Below are positions 26,121 to 35,718 of a stretch of DNA of 46,352 nucleotides, one piece after another. Where the stretch lies: positions 1-46,352 of IMG/VR virus record IMGVR_UViG_3300027964_000001. The stretch is one strand, 5' to 3'. Made by a program: the position numbers and the translations under genes. The notes below the pieces were generated by a model. It was not told the origin of the DNA. It searched no databases and saw nothing but the letters and a program-made list of their open reading frames with translations. Positions within the stretch are counted from its first letter, which is position 1. Each line of letters starts with the position of its first letter. This DNA comes from a virus.

Positions 26121-27317
26121 TCAATCCCTCATGAAAAAGTCTTGGACAGATTCACCTTTCTTAATTCCATCTGTTTTCTTATGGGTAGAAGATGGACCAC
26201 CCTTTGGGATTGGACCTTTTCGGTCTTTATCTGCTCTAGTAGCCCCGTGTCCCTTTAGAGCATCATTACGGGCTTTTTTGATAGCATCAGGCAATAGGGA
26301 TTTTGCCTTGTTTAAATACGCAGTCTTAATAGATTTCTTAGATTCAGCACTAAACTTACTCTTAAAAGCATTATTCCATAAAGACTGAATAGACCTACGG
26401 AACTTCTCATCATTCTTAATCTGACTCTCTACAGTTTCTAATACCTCACGAGTAGCACTCTTCTTGACAAATGGGGACATCTTGTTAGTTCGGTCAAGAT
26501 TAGCATCAATAATAGCTTTAATCTGATTAGTAGAGGATTCATAAAGTTCTTGAGAAGCTTCCTTATATCTCTCTTCGTAATACTTCTTTTTCTCTTCGTC
26601 TAATGAATCATCCTTCTCCTTAGCAAGTTTCTTAGGAGGTTCAAACTCATTAGAATTAAAGAAGAACTTATTAACCAGTGAAGCAGCACTTTCTAATGCT
26701 TTATTTTCATTCTTCCTCGCATCCGTTACCATCTGAGCAATGGCATTCTTAATTAGATTACCCGCTACATGATGGTATGCTTCCCGGTCAACTTTACCTA
26801 GAGTAGTAAGATAATCATCAGCAATACGATTAAAAGCATCCTTATTATCATCATGAATAACTTTTAGAATCTCTCCAATATTCCCTTCCTGAAGCTGACT
26901 CTCAAAATTATCAAGAGCATCAGCTTTACCCTTAGCATCTTTAGCTTCTTCTAAAGTAGGAAATACCTCTGAGTATTGATTATTACGATAGATAGCATGT
27001 TCAATATGTGGAAACTTCTTAAACAGAGTCGGAAATTCTTTAAGAATTGCTTGGCGCCCTTCTTGAAGAACTAACTTATCCTCTTCTTCCTCCTCTTCAT
27101 CTTCATCTTCTTTTTCTTCAGGTTCCTCTAATTCTTCTTCCTCCTCTTCCTCTTTATCCTCTTCAGGTTCTTCCTCTTCTTTCTTAGGTTCTTCCTTCTC
27201 TTCCTTATCATCCTCTTCCATTAAATTTACAATATCATCTACATCATCAGTCTTAATCTCAGGTTCTTCCGAATCAAACCTACCCTTTAAGCTATTGAAT
27301 GGGACCAAATGAATCAT
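26121..27317 (-). CDS. Scaffolding protein (start taken at Met27 of the tracked ORF)
   Basis: Lies between portal and capsid. Has a ~50-aa hyperacidic E/D/K tract and a helical K/E-rich remainder. The ATG at 27317 has AGGA upstream and removes the overlap with the portal gene. Confidence 0.7.
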   Translation of the reverse strand: MIHLVPFNSLKGRFDSEEPEIKTDDVDDIVNLMEEDDKEEKEEPKKEEEEPEEDKEEEEEEELEEPEEKEDEDEEEEEEDKLVLQEGRQAILKEFPTLFKKFPHIEHAIYRNNQYSEVFPTLEEAKDAKGKADALDNFESQLQEGNIGEILKVIHDDNKDAFNRIADDYLTTLGKVDREAYHHVAGNLIKNAIAQMVTDARKNENKALESAASLVNKFFFNSNEFEPPKKLAKEKDDSLDEEKKKYYEERYKEASQELYESSTNQIKAIIDANLDRTNKMSPFVKKSATREVLETVESQIKNDEKFRRSIQSLWNNAFKSKFSAESKKSIKTAYLNKAKSLLPDAIKKARNDALKGHGATRADKDRKGPIPKGGPSSTHKKTDGIKKGESVQDFFMRD

Positions 27318-29481
27318 TTTCTTTTCCTGCTTCCGGAACAGTCTCCTTCTGTCCCTTAGATTGATCGGAGATTTCAGGCTCCATAGGAGGAGCAATTAAC
27401 ATCATATGTTGCTTAAGATGTAGAAGAACATTACGATATCCTTCAGGATTCTCTATTTTGCAGAGCCGGCCTGCATCAGACACTAACCACTCACGGCAAA
27501 TAGTTGCATGAATTAAATGATCATCTACATCAGGCTCAACTTCAACTGATGGAAATTCTTGAGGCTGTGCTTGCTGTCCTGATACTGTAGCTGCTATAAT
27601 CATTTCTTCACTAGGAGGTAAAACAATCGGAGCACTATTAGTTAAGTTATAGATTTCCTCATACTGCTTATTACGATCATCTTCACCCGGAACAGTAAAG
27701 TCAATAAGCCCAATAGCTCTCTTAATATAAGGAATGTTCTCAGGAGCTAACATAGCTTGCATAATTGCAGGATTAGCAACCTGCAGAAGCTCCATAATTA
27801 CATCTTTCTGCTGAGACCATGAAACAGGTAATTGCTCATCTACATCTAACTCAATATTACCTATAGAGCCTTCAAGTTCAGTCTTACGAATAAATACATT
27901 AATAAATCCTCCGTTATTGTTCTTCTCTACATACTGCTCATCGTAGGATAAATCTTCAATATAATCCGGAATAGTCTTACTAAGAATCTCTTTCCACCAC
28001 TTAGTCAACATCTTCCAAGGAGTCTGTAATCTCTGAAGTGCCTGAGCTCTACTCATTGAATATTCAGCAGCAGTCTCAGAACCGGCCTTAGAAGAACCTC
28101 CGAACAGTGACGGGAGAGCACCAGAAGCTAACTGTCCTAATCCCTGGATTCTCTCAGAGAAAGGTAAAACCTCAGTTCCTAGTGATGCAGTTTTAAGTGT
28201 ATGAAATCCTTCTGCTAAGTTTCTACCAGGTATAGACTTCGCCGGAGTAACTCCACCTACTAGAACCTCTCGATTACGATAGGCTTCAAAATCAAGAACT
28301 GAGGGGTCAGCAAAGGTTTCAGGAACTCCATGCTCAATAGTCTGAAGAGTAAGAGAAGTAAGGTCATTAGTAATATCCTGAATAGACGTTAATAACATTC
28401 CAAGAGGATCAAAGGAAAGATAATCAGATAATGGATTATGGGTAATTGTCCAACAATCGTCTAATTTCTCTTCTACAGCTTCAGCAAAACAATCATTAGC
28501 AAATACAGCTTTGACTCCAGATGGATAATGATGCTCTAGTAATTTACGTTCTTCATCACCAAGAGTATAATAAGATGATGGCCTGAACCAAGCATTACGA
28601 CAAGTTACAGTATGTAATGGCTGTTCTCCATAATACTGCGGCGATGACCTTGCATATGCCTCATAAAGATCTGTAGATGGCCCTTCCATCAGGTTTTTCT
28701 TATCTTTTAAATGTGGATAACGCTGATAAATATTAGAGTAATGAGTTTCATATGACCATATCAAGTATGGCATATCTGCCTGTTTCATTGCATAGAGAGG
28801 AATCTTTACATATAATTGACCATAAACCTCAATACACTGCCGGGCTTTCGGTTTGGTTAATTCTTCCTTAAGTCGTCGGGCCGGTCTTAACTCAGATTCA
28901 AGAGGAATATCACATTCAGGACAATTATCCCCTTTCATACCTTCATAATTACAATTAGGACATACTCCTACCTCGGCTTCATATTCTTCATAGATAGATT
29001 CCTTATAAGTTCCATAAGATTCATCTTCTTTAGAGTAATTATAAGCTGCAATCATTCCTTCAGTGCAGTAGATATATAAAGCATGAATCCATAAAAGTTC
29101 AGCTTCATTATGCTTAAGAATCAGATTACCAATCTTATCCCCAGCCTTAGCAGTAGTTAGGTCCATTGGATTATTAGCATCCTCTGGGAAACAAACTGCT
29201 TTAGGAACGGTTACTGATAGTGCAGCGATGATAGATTCAAGATAAGCCCTGAATACATTAATAGGTTTATCGTAGTATCCTTCTTCATCCTGATTAGATT
29301 GCTCATCCCATACTCGCCAATCCCGGGCTACCGAATCATACCAAATACGGTGGAACCCGGCCCAATAAAATTTTAATTTTCTACAAATCCGTAGTTGTCT
29401 TTCTCTCGGAGCTTTATCCTCCATCTCGAAGTGGTCGAGAAGAGATTTAAGAGCTTTCTGAACGGGTTCGGGAGGAAGCAT
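27292..29481 (-). CDS. Portal protein
   Basis: 729 aa (P22-portal size) between the terminase and scaffold genes. Confidence 0.75.
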   Translation of the reverse strand: MLPPEPVQKALKSLLDHFEMEDKAPRERQLRICRKLKFYWAGFHRIWYDSVARDWRVWDEQSNQDEEGYYDKPINVFRAYLESIIAALSVTVPKAVCFPEDANNPMDLTTAKAGDKIGNLILKHNEAELLWIHALYIYCTEGMIAAYNYSKEDESYGTYKESIYEEYEAEVGVCPNCNYEGMKGDNCPECDIPLESELRPARRLKEELTKPKARQCIEVYGQLYVKIPLYAMKQADMPYLIWSYETHYSNIYQRYPHLKDKKNLMEGPSTDLYEAYARSSPQYYGEQPLHTVTCRNAWFRPSSYYTLGDEERKLLEHHYPSGVKAVFANDCFAEAVEEKLDDCWTITHNPLSDYLSFDPLGMLLTSIQDITNDLTSLTLQTIEHGVPETFADPSVLDFEAYRNREVLVGGVTPAKSIPGRNLAEGFHTLKTASLGTEVLPFSERIQGLGQLASGALPSLFGGSSKAGSETAAEYSMSRAQALQRLQTPWKMLTKWWKEILSKTIPDYIEDLSYDEQYVEKNNNGGFINVFIRKTELEGSIGNIELDVDEQLPVSWSQQKDVIMELLQVANPAIMQAMLAPENIPYIKRAIGLIDFTVPGEDDRNKQYEEIYNLTNSAPIVLPPSEEMIIAATVSGQQAQPQEFPSVEVEPDVDDHLIHATICREWLVSDAGRLCKIENPEGYRNVLLHLKQHMMLIAPPMEPEISDQSKGQKETVPEAGKENDSFGPIQ

Positions 29482-29636
29482 TACCCCTGCTTCTTCATAA
29501 ACATACTTCTCTTCTTCTTAGGGGTTTCCCTAATGAACTTCTCAGCTACACTCTTAGAAGGTAGCATAGGATTATCTACCTTAGAGTTCTTAGAGAGCTG
29601 CATGAGTCTATATTGTTTTCCTGATTTAGCCGGCAT
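29481..29636 (-). CDS. Small Lys-rich protein (51 aa, below the ORF-track cutoff)
   Basis: MPAKSGKQYRLMQLSKNSKV...ETPKKKRSMFMKKQG. Its stop overlaps the portal ATG (TAATG) and its start overlaps the upstream gene end. Confidence 0.5.
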   Translation of the reverse strand: MPAKSGKQYRLMQLSKNSKVDNPMLPSKSVAEKFIRETPKKKRSMFMKKQG

Positions 29637-29943
29637 CTTCAGTAACCTCTTTCTCTAGCTCTTCGTTGTCTTTCTTCATTCTAGCCTGAGCCATAGCTGC
29701 TTCTCTAGATGCTTGCTCTAATAATCTTAGTCTAGTATGCAAAGGCATTATCTTAGGCTTAATAGGATCAACATCTTTAGGTGATACTGCTTCATAAACT
29801 CTAGGCTTAGTAATATCAAGAAGCTGGTTCAGCAATCTGTCTTTCTCATCATTAGAGATTTGTAATTGCTGCTTAAGAACCTCACAGGATTTGCAGGGTT
29901 CATAATCTCTTCGACCAATAAGATAAGTAAGAAGTCTAATCAT
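29626..29943 (-). CDS. Hypothetical coiled-coil protein
   Basis: 105 aa. ATGA-coupled to the terminase stop. Confidence 0.6.
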   Translation of the reverse strand: MIRLLTYLIGRRDYEPCKSCEVLKQQLQISNDEKDRLLNQLLDITKPRVYEAVSPKDVDPIKPKIMPLHTRLRLLEQASREAAMAQARMKKDNEELEKEVTEDAG

Positions 29944-31556
29944 CGTCTAAGTCTCCTCCTTACCGTATTAGGAGTCCTACTTTTACTATCAAGATATTCC
30001 ATTTGTCTATAAAAACTTGTTACATCCCCATTAACCGCGTATTTATCTAGAATCTCTTGCCGGGTTTTTCTTTGCTGTAATTCTGCATCTAATCCATTAT
30101 TATAAGTATTAATAGCTTTACAGAAATAACGAAGATTGTCTAATGGATCATCCCCATCAAATTCTGCAATATCCTCTGGTCTCTTCTCATCATATATAGC
30201 TACAGGAATAGTCTCAATAAGAATAGGACAGGTATTAAAAATCTGAAGTTTAGGTAATTCTTTCTCTACATCTTCATCCATGAACATAGACTGATATTTG
30301 TTTACTGCTTCTTGTCCAAAGTTCCTGAAGATGTATTGAGCTTTATCCAAATCATAGACTTCACCCTCAGCTAGTAAATTTCTTTTCGGAGTCCATCTAA
30401 GATAATCATGAATTAATTGGATACCAGCAATTCTTGAACCTGGAGAATTATCAGAGCTAAAAGGACGAATCCCAGAGTATCTCTCAAACTGAATAGCAAT
30501 GGTTTCCGTTCCCCTCTCTTGCCATGCCGAACCACAAAGAATACAATAAACTATGTTTTCTCTATAAGAAGTTTCTTTAATCTCTGATGCCCAATAAGGA
30601 ACATCTACGTTCTTCCAGGCACGTTCACGGTAAATATAAGTTCTGCCCTGCGGAGAAATAGCTCCCCACATAGCATGGCACATAGCGCGCTTACCCCAAT
30701 CAATAGATAAAATTCTAGGCCACCATTCAGGAACATCAAAAGGTTCAATAACATGAATAGCATTATCAGGTTCATTAGGAAACTTAAGAGGACGAAACTC
30801 TGGAAATACTGATCCTTCAAATGCGTGCCAGTCTCCGTAGCGCTTTGCCCTTTTCTCTGCTTCTGGTAAAATTTCCAGTTTCTGAACATATTGAGGATCA
30901 TACTGCATCATGTAGGGATTGTCCTCTACAAATGCAGGTATAAACATTCTAGTAAGACCGGTCTTCTTATCTTTTAATAATTTATATCCTGTCTCGCAAG
31001 GTTTAACAAATCTATTATAAGTAAAAGTCTGTCCGATTCCTCCAGGATTAGTTCCATTACGAACAAATGAAATATTAAAAGAGCTACTTGGACGAACACG
31101 AGAACCTACAAAGTAAACATAAGGGGCTTCTTCAAAGTGAGTTAACTCATCAAATGCTGCATAATTATACTGCGATGAGTCATACTGGCGAATATCATGA
31201 GCATGATGGACATGACCAAAATCTACGTAAGTTCCATATTCCGGCCAATACCAACTATGCTTCTGCTCATTATACTTAGCACCCGTAATCGGATAATAGT
31301 CTCTAGATAATCTAATTATTTCCTTTTCTAAATCACTAAATGTCCGTCTAAAAATAATACCCCTAAATCCCCTAAACTTATAAAATCCTCTTATTAATGG
31401 AAGCAAAGTTAAAATGAATGATTTTCCTCCAGCAGCTGCACCACCATAAAGGACTTCAAAAACATCGTCAGGTATCTGTAAGAAATCTTTTTGACGATTT
31501 GTAGGCTTAACTTCTTTTATGAAGTCATTACCCGGATCACTAAGCTGCACTTGCAT
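29940..31556 (-). CDS. terL: Terminase large subunit
   Basis: Walker A is LYGGAAAGGKSF and Walker B-like is YNYAAFDELTHF. 538 aa. Lies upstream of the portal gene. Confidence 0.85.
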   Translation of the reverse strand: MQVQLSDPGNDFIKEVKPTNRQKDFLQIPDDVFEVLYGGAAAGGKSFILTLLPLIRGFYKFRGFRGIIFRRTFSDLEKEIIRLSRDYYPITGAKYNEQKHSWYWPEYGTYVDFGHVHHAHDIRQYDSSQYNYAAFDELTHFEEAPYVYFVGSRVRPSSSFNISFVRNGTNPGGIGQTFTYNRFVKPCETGYKLLKDKKTGLTRMFIPAFVEDNPYMMQYDPQYVQKLEILPEAEKRAKRYGDWHAFEGSVFPEFRPLKFPNEPDNAIHVIEPFDVPEWWPRILSIDWGKRAMCHAMWGAISPQGRTYIYRERAWKNVDVPYWASEIKETSYRENIVYCILCGSAWQERGTETIAIQFERYSGIRPFSSDNSPGSRIAGIQLIHDYLRWTPKRNLLAEGEVYDLDKAQYIFRNFGQEAVNKYQSMFMDEDVEKELPKLQIFNTCPILIETIPVAIYDEKRPEDIAEFDGDDPLDNLRYFCKAINTYNNGLDAELQQRKTRQEILDKYAVNGDVTSFYRQMEYLDSKSRTPNTVRRRLRR

Positions 31557-32001
31557 TACTATACTTCTTTAAATATTCTAACATATTCCAAATAAGATCT
31601 TCATTATCTTCTAAATATCCTAGTGCAATATTACAGCCATGACATAATAAGCCTCGAACTTGATTAGTTTTATGGTCGTGATCAACTGCTAAAGACTTTT
31701 TAGTTCTACAAGGTCTACGACAAATCGCACATCCTCCTTGATGCTCAATTAACATAAGCTGATAAGTTTCTGGACTAATTCCATATCGATTTTTTCTAGC
31801 ATTATTAGAATTATCAAATCTTCCAATTTTCTTATACCTTTCATATCGATCTTTAGCTACTCTAGCCCTCATAATTTTATAACAACTTTTACATCTATTA
31901 CTACGATATATTCCCCTACCTCCACTTAATACAACATCATTTTCTCCTTTAACTATCTTAATATCACAGTCCCGACACCGTTCTGTTCTACGCTGAGGCA
32001 T
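31540..32001 (-). CDS. HNH nuclease of the Endonuclease VII family with N-terminal zinc ribbon
   Basis: GGCAICRRP...LAVDHDHKTNQVRGLLCHGCNIALGYL is the canonical EndoVII/HNH signature. N-terminus has CRDC...CKSC. Confidence 0.88.
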   Translation of the reverse strand: MPQRRTERCRDCDIKIVKGENDVVLSGGRGIYRSNRCKSCYKIMRARVAKDRYERYKKIGRFDNSNNARKNRYGISPETYQLMLIEHQGGCAICRRPCRTKKSLAVDHDHKTNQVRGLLCHGCNIALGYLEDNEDLIWNMLEYLKKYSNASAA

Positions 32002-32176
32002 CCTTATTAGCCGGGAAGAAATAAACTGCTAATCCTGTAGCAATCAGATAAGTTAGAGCCTTTGTCCAATCTTCTGTGACAATAGCTTCCGGAACAAAAT
32101 AAGAAATTACAGGAGAAAGAACAGCCGCAATTGCATTACCAGCTCCGGCTCCGATTAGTTTGCTAAATTTTCCCAT
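31988..32176 (-). CDS. Holin-like small membrane protein (two predicted TM helices)
   Basis: 62 aa with the hydrophobic segments LIGAGAGNAIAAVLSPVISYFV and ALTYLIATGLAVYFF. Confidence 0.5.
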   Translation of the reverse strand: MGKFSKLIGAGAGNAIAAVLSPVISYFVPEAIVTEDWTKALTYLIATGLAVYFFPANKDASA

Positions 32177-32456
32177 CTCTAGGTTGATTCCTTCTTTCTA
32201 CAAGTCTATCAAGTTTTCTACTAAGCTCACCAAATTCTTCCCTTGCTTCGCGCCGTTGTAAATCCATCTTACCATCTAAGCCATTTAATCGTTTATCAAA
32301 ATCCTGCTTTATTTCTTTATATCTTTCCTCACATGAATCCATATGAGATTCTAAAGTTGATCGTGTATGATAATTACCTGCTATCTTCCAGGTTATAATT
32401 ACAATCCCACTAACTGCCGTAAATGTTAATCCAATTGCTGTTAGAATTTCATTCAT
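32163..32456 (-). CDS. N-terminal TM plus coiled-coil protein (holin/spanin-like)
   Basis: ILTAIGLTFTAVSGIVIITWKIAG followed by a charged helical tail. Confidence 0.45.
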   Translation of the reverse strand: MNEILTAIGLTFTAVSGIVIITWKIAGNYHTRSTLESHMDSCEERYKEIKQDFDKRLNGLDGKMDLQRREAREEFGELSRKLDRLVERRNQPRDGKI

Positions 32457-32686
32457 TAGTCACGCTTAAGAAATACAGTAGCATCTCCAGTTGTGCATCT
32501 TACAAATCCTCCAGCAACTACGGTTGGGGTATTCGCATTAACAGTTTGAGATGAAGAAAACGTAATATCTACGTCTACCTCTAAAGCTGTATCAGAATGA
32601 ATAGTTACTTTCGGGGTAGGAAGAGCATAGATAACATCCTCAACTAAAGTATGAGCCGGTCCTATAGTTAAAGCTTCCCTTGGCAT
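32456..32686 (-). CDS. Hypothetical small protein
   Basis: 76-aa ORF with a 1-nt overlap to the next gene. Confidence 0.6.
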   Translation of the reverse strand: MPREALTIGPAHTLVEDVIYALPTPKVTIHSDTALEVDVDITFSSSQTVNANTPTVVAGGFVRCTTGDATVFLKRD

Positions 32687-32689
32687 TTT

Positions 32690-33013
32690 TTACTCCGGAT
32701 AACGAGAATCTTTAGCAACAATAAAATCACCAATACTTAAAACTCTATTATCATCTGGTAAATTCCTAAACACGTCATACTTATAAACTTCAGGATTAAT
32801 ATCAGTCTGAATGGAAGTTAATGGAACATAGAATTGTCCATCAGGCCCAGATAAGACAGTTCCAGGTATAGTTAAAATCTTAGTAGTAGTATTAAACTTT
32901 TTTGTTATAGTCATTAATATACTCCATCCTGTAATATCTATAATTGGACTCATAGTAAATGTAATAATTACATCTTCTCCCCTATAAATCTTAATAGCCT
33001 GATTTAGCGGCAT
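32690..33013 (-). CDS. Hypothetical protein
   Basis: 107-aa ORF in a coupled string. Confidence 0.6.
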   Translation of the reverse strand: MPLNQAIKIYRGEDVIITFTMSPIIDITGWSILMTITKKFNTTTKILTIPGTVLSGPDGQFYVPLTSIQTDINPEVYKYDVFRNLPDDNRVLSIGDFIVAKDSRYPE

Positions 33014-33549
33014 TCTGAACCATCAGCAGGAAATTGAAGAGAATCAATATTAGCAGAAAAGTTTAATTCGTCTACTTTAGCCTTTAAAGAAATTTCCTCA
33101 ACAAATCCATCTAAGCAAATATCAACCCCTCTAGGAGTTGGGAATGGAGGAACTACTGGATTATAAAAGAATCCTACACTAGTCCAAGGTAACGATCTTA
33201 TCCTCTTAAATACTAACCACTCATTTTGATTAAATGGCTTAGTTCCTAAAACTTCTGTAAGATTAATTAAAGATGAACCAAATTCTGCTATCTGAGGTTT
33301 AATCTTAGCTTGAGGATTAGGCCACTTGTCTTGGAAAAAAGGTTTAACTATAATAGGGGGACCAAATAATGGAATAGCTGTATAATTAAGTCCTTGAGGT
33401 AATGTATGATGAATTGGATTAGGATTAAAAGAACTCTTAAAAGGCCCAGGTGGAACAGGCTTTACAAATTGGGTATAGTAACCTAACTCTCCTGCTAGAA
33501 TCTTTCTAGATCTAGGAGGTATAAAGTTTAGATTAGTCCCATCTGTCAT
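33004..33549 (-). CDS. Hypothetical protein
   Basis: 181-aa Pro-rich ORF with ATGA-type coupling. Confidence 0.6.
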   Translation of the reverse strand: MTDGTNLNFIPPRSRKILAGELGYYTQFVKPVPPGPFKSSFNPNPIHHTLPQGLNYTAIPLFGPPIIVKPFFQDKWPNPQAKIKPQIAEFGSSLINLTEVLGTKPFNQNEWLVFKRIRSLPWTSVGFFYNPVVPPFPTPRGVDICLDGFVEEISLKAKVDELNFSANIDSLQFPADGSECR

Positions 33550-34724
33550 GGTATAAACTCATACGCTCCAATACAATAAGCTGAGCCTTGAGGTCTACTA
33601 ACTCCATCAAAATCTACCGGAACAGCTAATAAAGTAGTCCCGGCATCCTTAGCCGGTGAACCGGAAAGAATATGAAAATCCGTCCCCCCAACAAATAAAG
33701 GATTAATACCAACTAAATTAGTTGACTGCATAACTGCTACAAGGTATCTTTCATTTGCTGAACCACTAAGATAAATAATATTATTTTTACTCTCGTTATT
33801 CACCCCTCCCTGAATTTCTAATCCCCATCGAGTATTATTATATATAGTATTATTATAAAATTTATTACCTGGAGATGTAGTGCAAACAATACCATCTAAA
33901 TTATTATAAATTAAATTATTATAACATAACACTCCCGAACCAGCGCCACAAACAAAACCTCCGCCGTTTGGACTAGTTAATCCATTATTAAATAAACGAT
34001 TATTTCTAGCTACATTTCCAGATTGATTAAATGTGTTACCATCATAAAACTGAATTCCATAAGCTTTATTATCGTGAATAGAAACACCTTCTATTAAATT
34101 ATTATCTCCCGCAAGATAAATACCATGATCTAAATTATCTCTAACTCCATTATTAAAAACTTCCCCTCCAGTTATCCATAAATCATGAGTATTATTAGTA
34201 GATAGATATCCAACAAATCCTCCCCTCGTTGCTTTACAATTATCAAATTTAATATGATGTGCAGTCCCGGCTATTCTTATAGCTGCTGAAATTCCGACCT
34301 TAGTTACATAATCTACAGTAATACCAATAAAAATAATAAATTGAGGAACACCAGAATTACCTATATTTATTTCTTTAATTATAGGGATTTCACTTTCATA
34401 ATTTCTAACAGTAATTGCATTATCATAATCAATTCCAGAATTAAAAGTTACTAAATTATCAATTATTACATTATTAGGAGAACTATATGTTCCCCCTCTA
34501 ACCCCTATAACTTGTCCAGCTACAGCAACCTGCAATGCATGTTGTAATGATGCCCAAGGATCATTAAAAGTTCCGGGATTTAAATCACTACCTGTCGGAG
34601 ATACAAAGAAATCATAATTAATTGGCGGGGGAGGGGGCGGAGGTGGAGGTGGAGGTGGTGGATCATGATCTAATATAAATTGACCCACCTTTTTACCTTT
34701 ACCTTTACCTTTACTTTTACTCAA
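33546..34724 (-). CDS. Right-handed beta-helix (pectate-lyase-fold) tailspike/depolymerase-like protein; TTG start
   Basis: FFVSPTGSDLNPGTFNDPWASLQHA...GGTYS (DUF1565-like) followed by repeated NN(L/T/I)IYNN rungs. The N-terminus has a KGKGKGKK tract and a P13 linker. Confidence 0.7.
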   Translation of the reverse strand: MSKSKGKGKGKKVGQFILDHDPPPPPPPPPPPPPINYDFFVSPTGSDLNPGTFNDPWASLQHALQVAVAGQVIGVRGGTYSSPNNVIIDNLVTFNSGIDYDNAITVRNYESEIPIIKEINIGNSGVPQFIIFIGITVDYVTKVGISAAIRIAGTAHHIKFDNCKATRGGFVGYLSTNNTHDLWITGGEVFNNGVRDNLDHGIYLAGDNNLIEGVSIHDNKAYGIQFYDGNTFNQSGNVARNNRLFNNGLTSPNGGGFVCGAGSGVLCYNNLIYNNLDGIVCTTSPGNKFYNNTIYNNTRWGLEIQGGVNNESKNNIIYLSGSANERYLVAVMQSTNLVGINPLFVGGTDFHILSGSPAKDAGTTLLAVPVDFDGVSRPQGSAYCIGAYEFIP

Positions 34725-35215
34725 ATAACTTCCATTATAATATGAGAGCCAAGTAATCCAGGTGAACCTCCAGTAAAAGCACTTAAAGAAAGCTCACCTA
34801 AAGATGCAACATTACCAAGTAATGAAATTCTCTCATCTTCATAATATACCCATCTAACAGTCCCCCCAAAGGCATTAAATGACAAATTAAGTAAGATACC
34901 TAAAGTAGAACTACGCTGGGGTTTAGTTGTAGAAATAGCAAAACTAGTAGGAACAGAACCTGGAGCAGTTGTAGATGGATCTAATGCGGCAAGTCTACCT
35001 GCTGTTAAAGTAGCTCCTACAGTAGAATCTCTTCCTACTACCATAAATGTCGGAGCTGATGCAGATGCCTGTCCTCCTAATTGAACTTCTCTTAATTCTG
35101 CTCGTTGAGTAGAACTACCCCCTTGCACAGAATGATGCCCACTATCAGTAAAATTAGTGGCATCTGCTACTGCTACTGGTGTCCAAGAAGGAAAAGCTCC
35201 GGAATATCGGGGCAT
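34721..35215 (-). CDS. Hypothetical virion-associated protein
   Basis: 164-aa ORF coupled to the beta-helix gene (4-nt overlap). Confidence 0.6.
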   Translation of the reverse strand: MPRYSGAFPSWTPVAVADATNFTDSGHHSVQGGSSTQRAELREVQLGGQASASAPTFMVVGRDSTVGATLTAGRLAALDPSTTAPGSVPTSFAISTTKPQRSSTLGILLNLSFNAFGGTVRWVYYEDERISLLGNVASLGELSLSAFTGGSPGLLGSHIIMEVI

Positions 35216-35216
35216 C

Positions 35217-35510
35217 TTAATCTCCTAACAATTTGGCAATAGGATTACATTCCTTATTGCAAATAGGATTATCGCAAATATAATGATCACATTTAGAACA
35301 ATATCCTCTAGGTCTTTTTCTTAAAGGATTAAGAATCACTTGTGCTCCACAATGGGAACAAAACTGAACATCTCGCTCTTCAATCTTACCAGCTCCAGCT
35401 ATAATTATTGAATTGCGTAATTTAATAGGGACTTCTTCTGGCTTTATTCCAGGTGAATCCTTATGATCTATAATAAGATAACTACTATGATCTGATAGAG
35501 ATCGCTTCAT
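35217..35510 (-). CDS. Zinc-ribbon protein
   Basis: CSHCGAQ...CSKCDHYICDNPICNKEC. Confidence 0.6.
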   Translation of the reverse strand: MKRSLSDHSSYLIIDHKDSPGIKPEEVPIKLRNSIIIAGAGKIEERDVQFCSHCGAQVILNPLRKRPRGYCSKCDHYICDNPICNKECNPIAKLLGD

Positions 35511-35694
35511 AATCCATACCAGGAATAGGATGGAAATAAATAACCTCTATTAAATTACTTGATCCACATACTTGGCATATATCAGATCTAGCAGGATTTC
35601 CTGTTATAGATTCTGGTCTAGAATTAAATAGCATTGTCGGACTAATATATTGTCTTTTACAATCATTACAATATTTTCTTATATGCCTATACAT
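35485..35694 (-). CDS. Zinc-ribbon protein
   Basis: CNDCKRQ...CQVCGS. 69 aa. Confidence 0.55.
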   Translation of the reverse strand: MYRHIRKYCNDCKRQYISPTMLFNSRPESITGNPARSDICQVCGSSNLIEVIYFHPIPGMDYEAISIRS

Positions 35695-35718
35695 TGTTCT
35701 AAATCCCCATTAGATATC

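Noticed and set aside
27318-27395. 26-aa N-terminal extension of the scaffold ORF (MLLLWSLKSPINLRDRRRLFRKQEKK)
   Set aside because: It overlaps the portal gene's 3' end by ~100 nt and lacks an SD. The internal ATG at 27317 has AGGA upstream and starts just after the portal stop.
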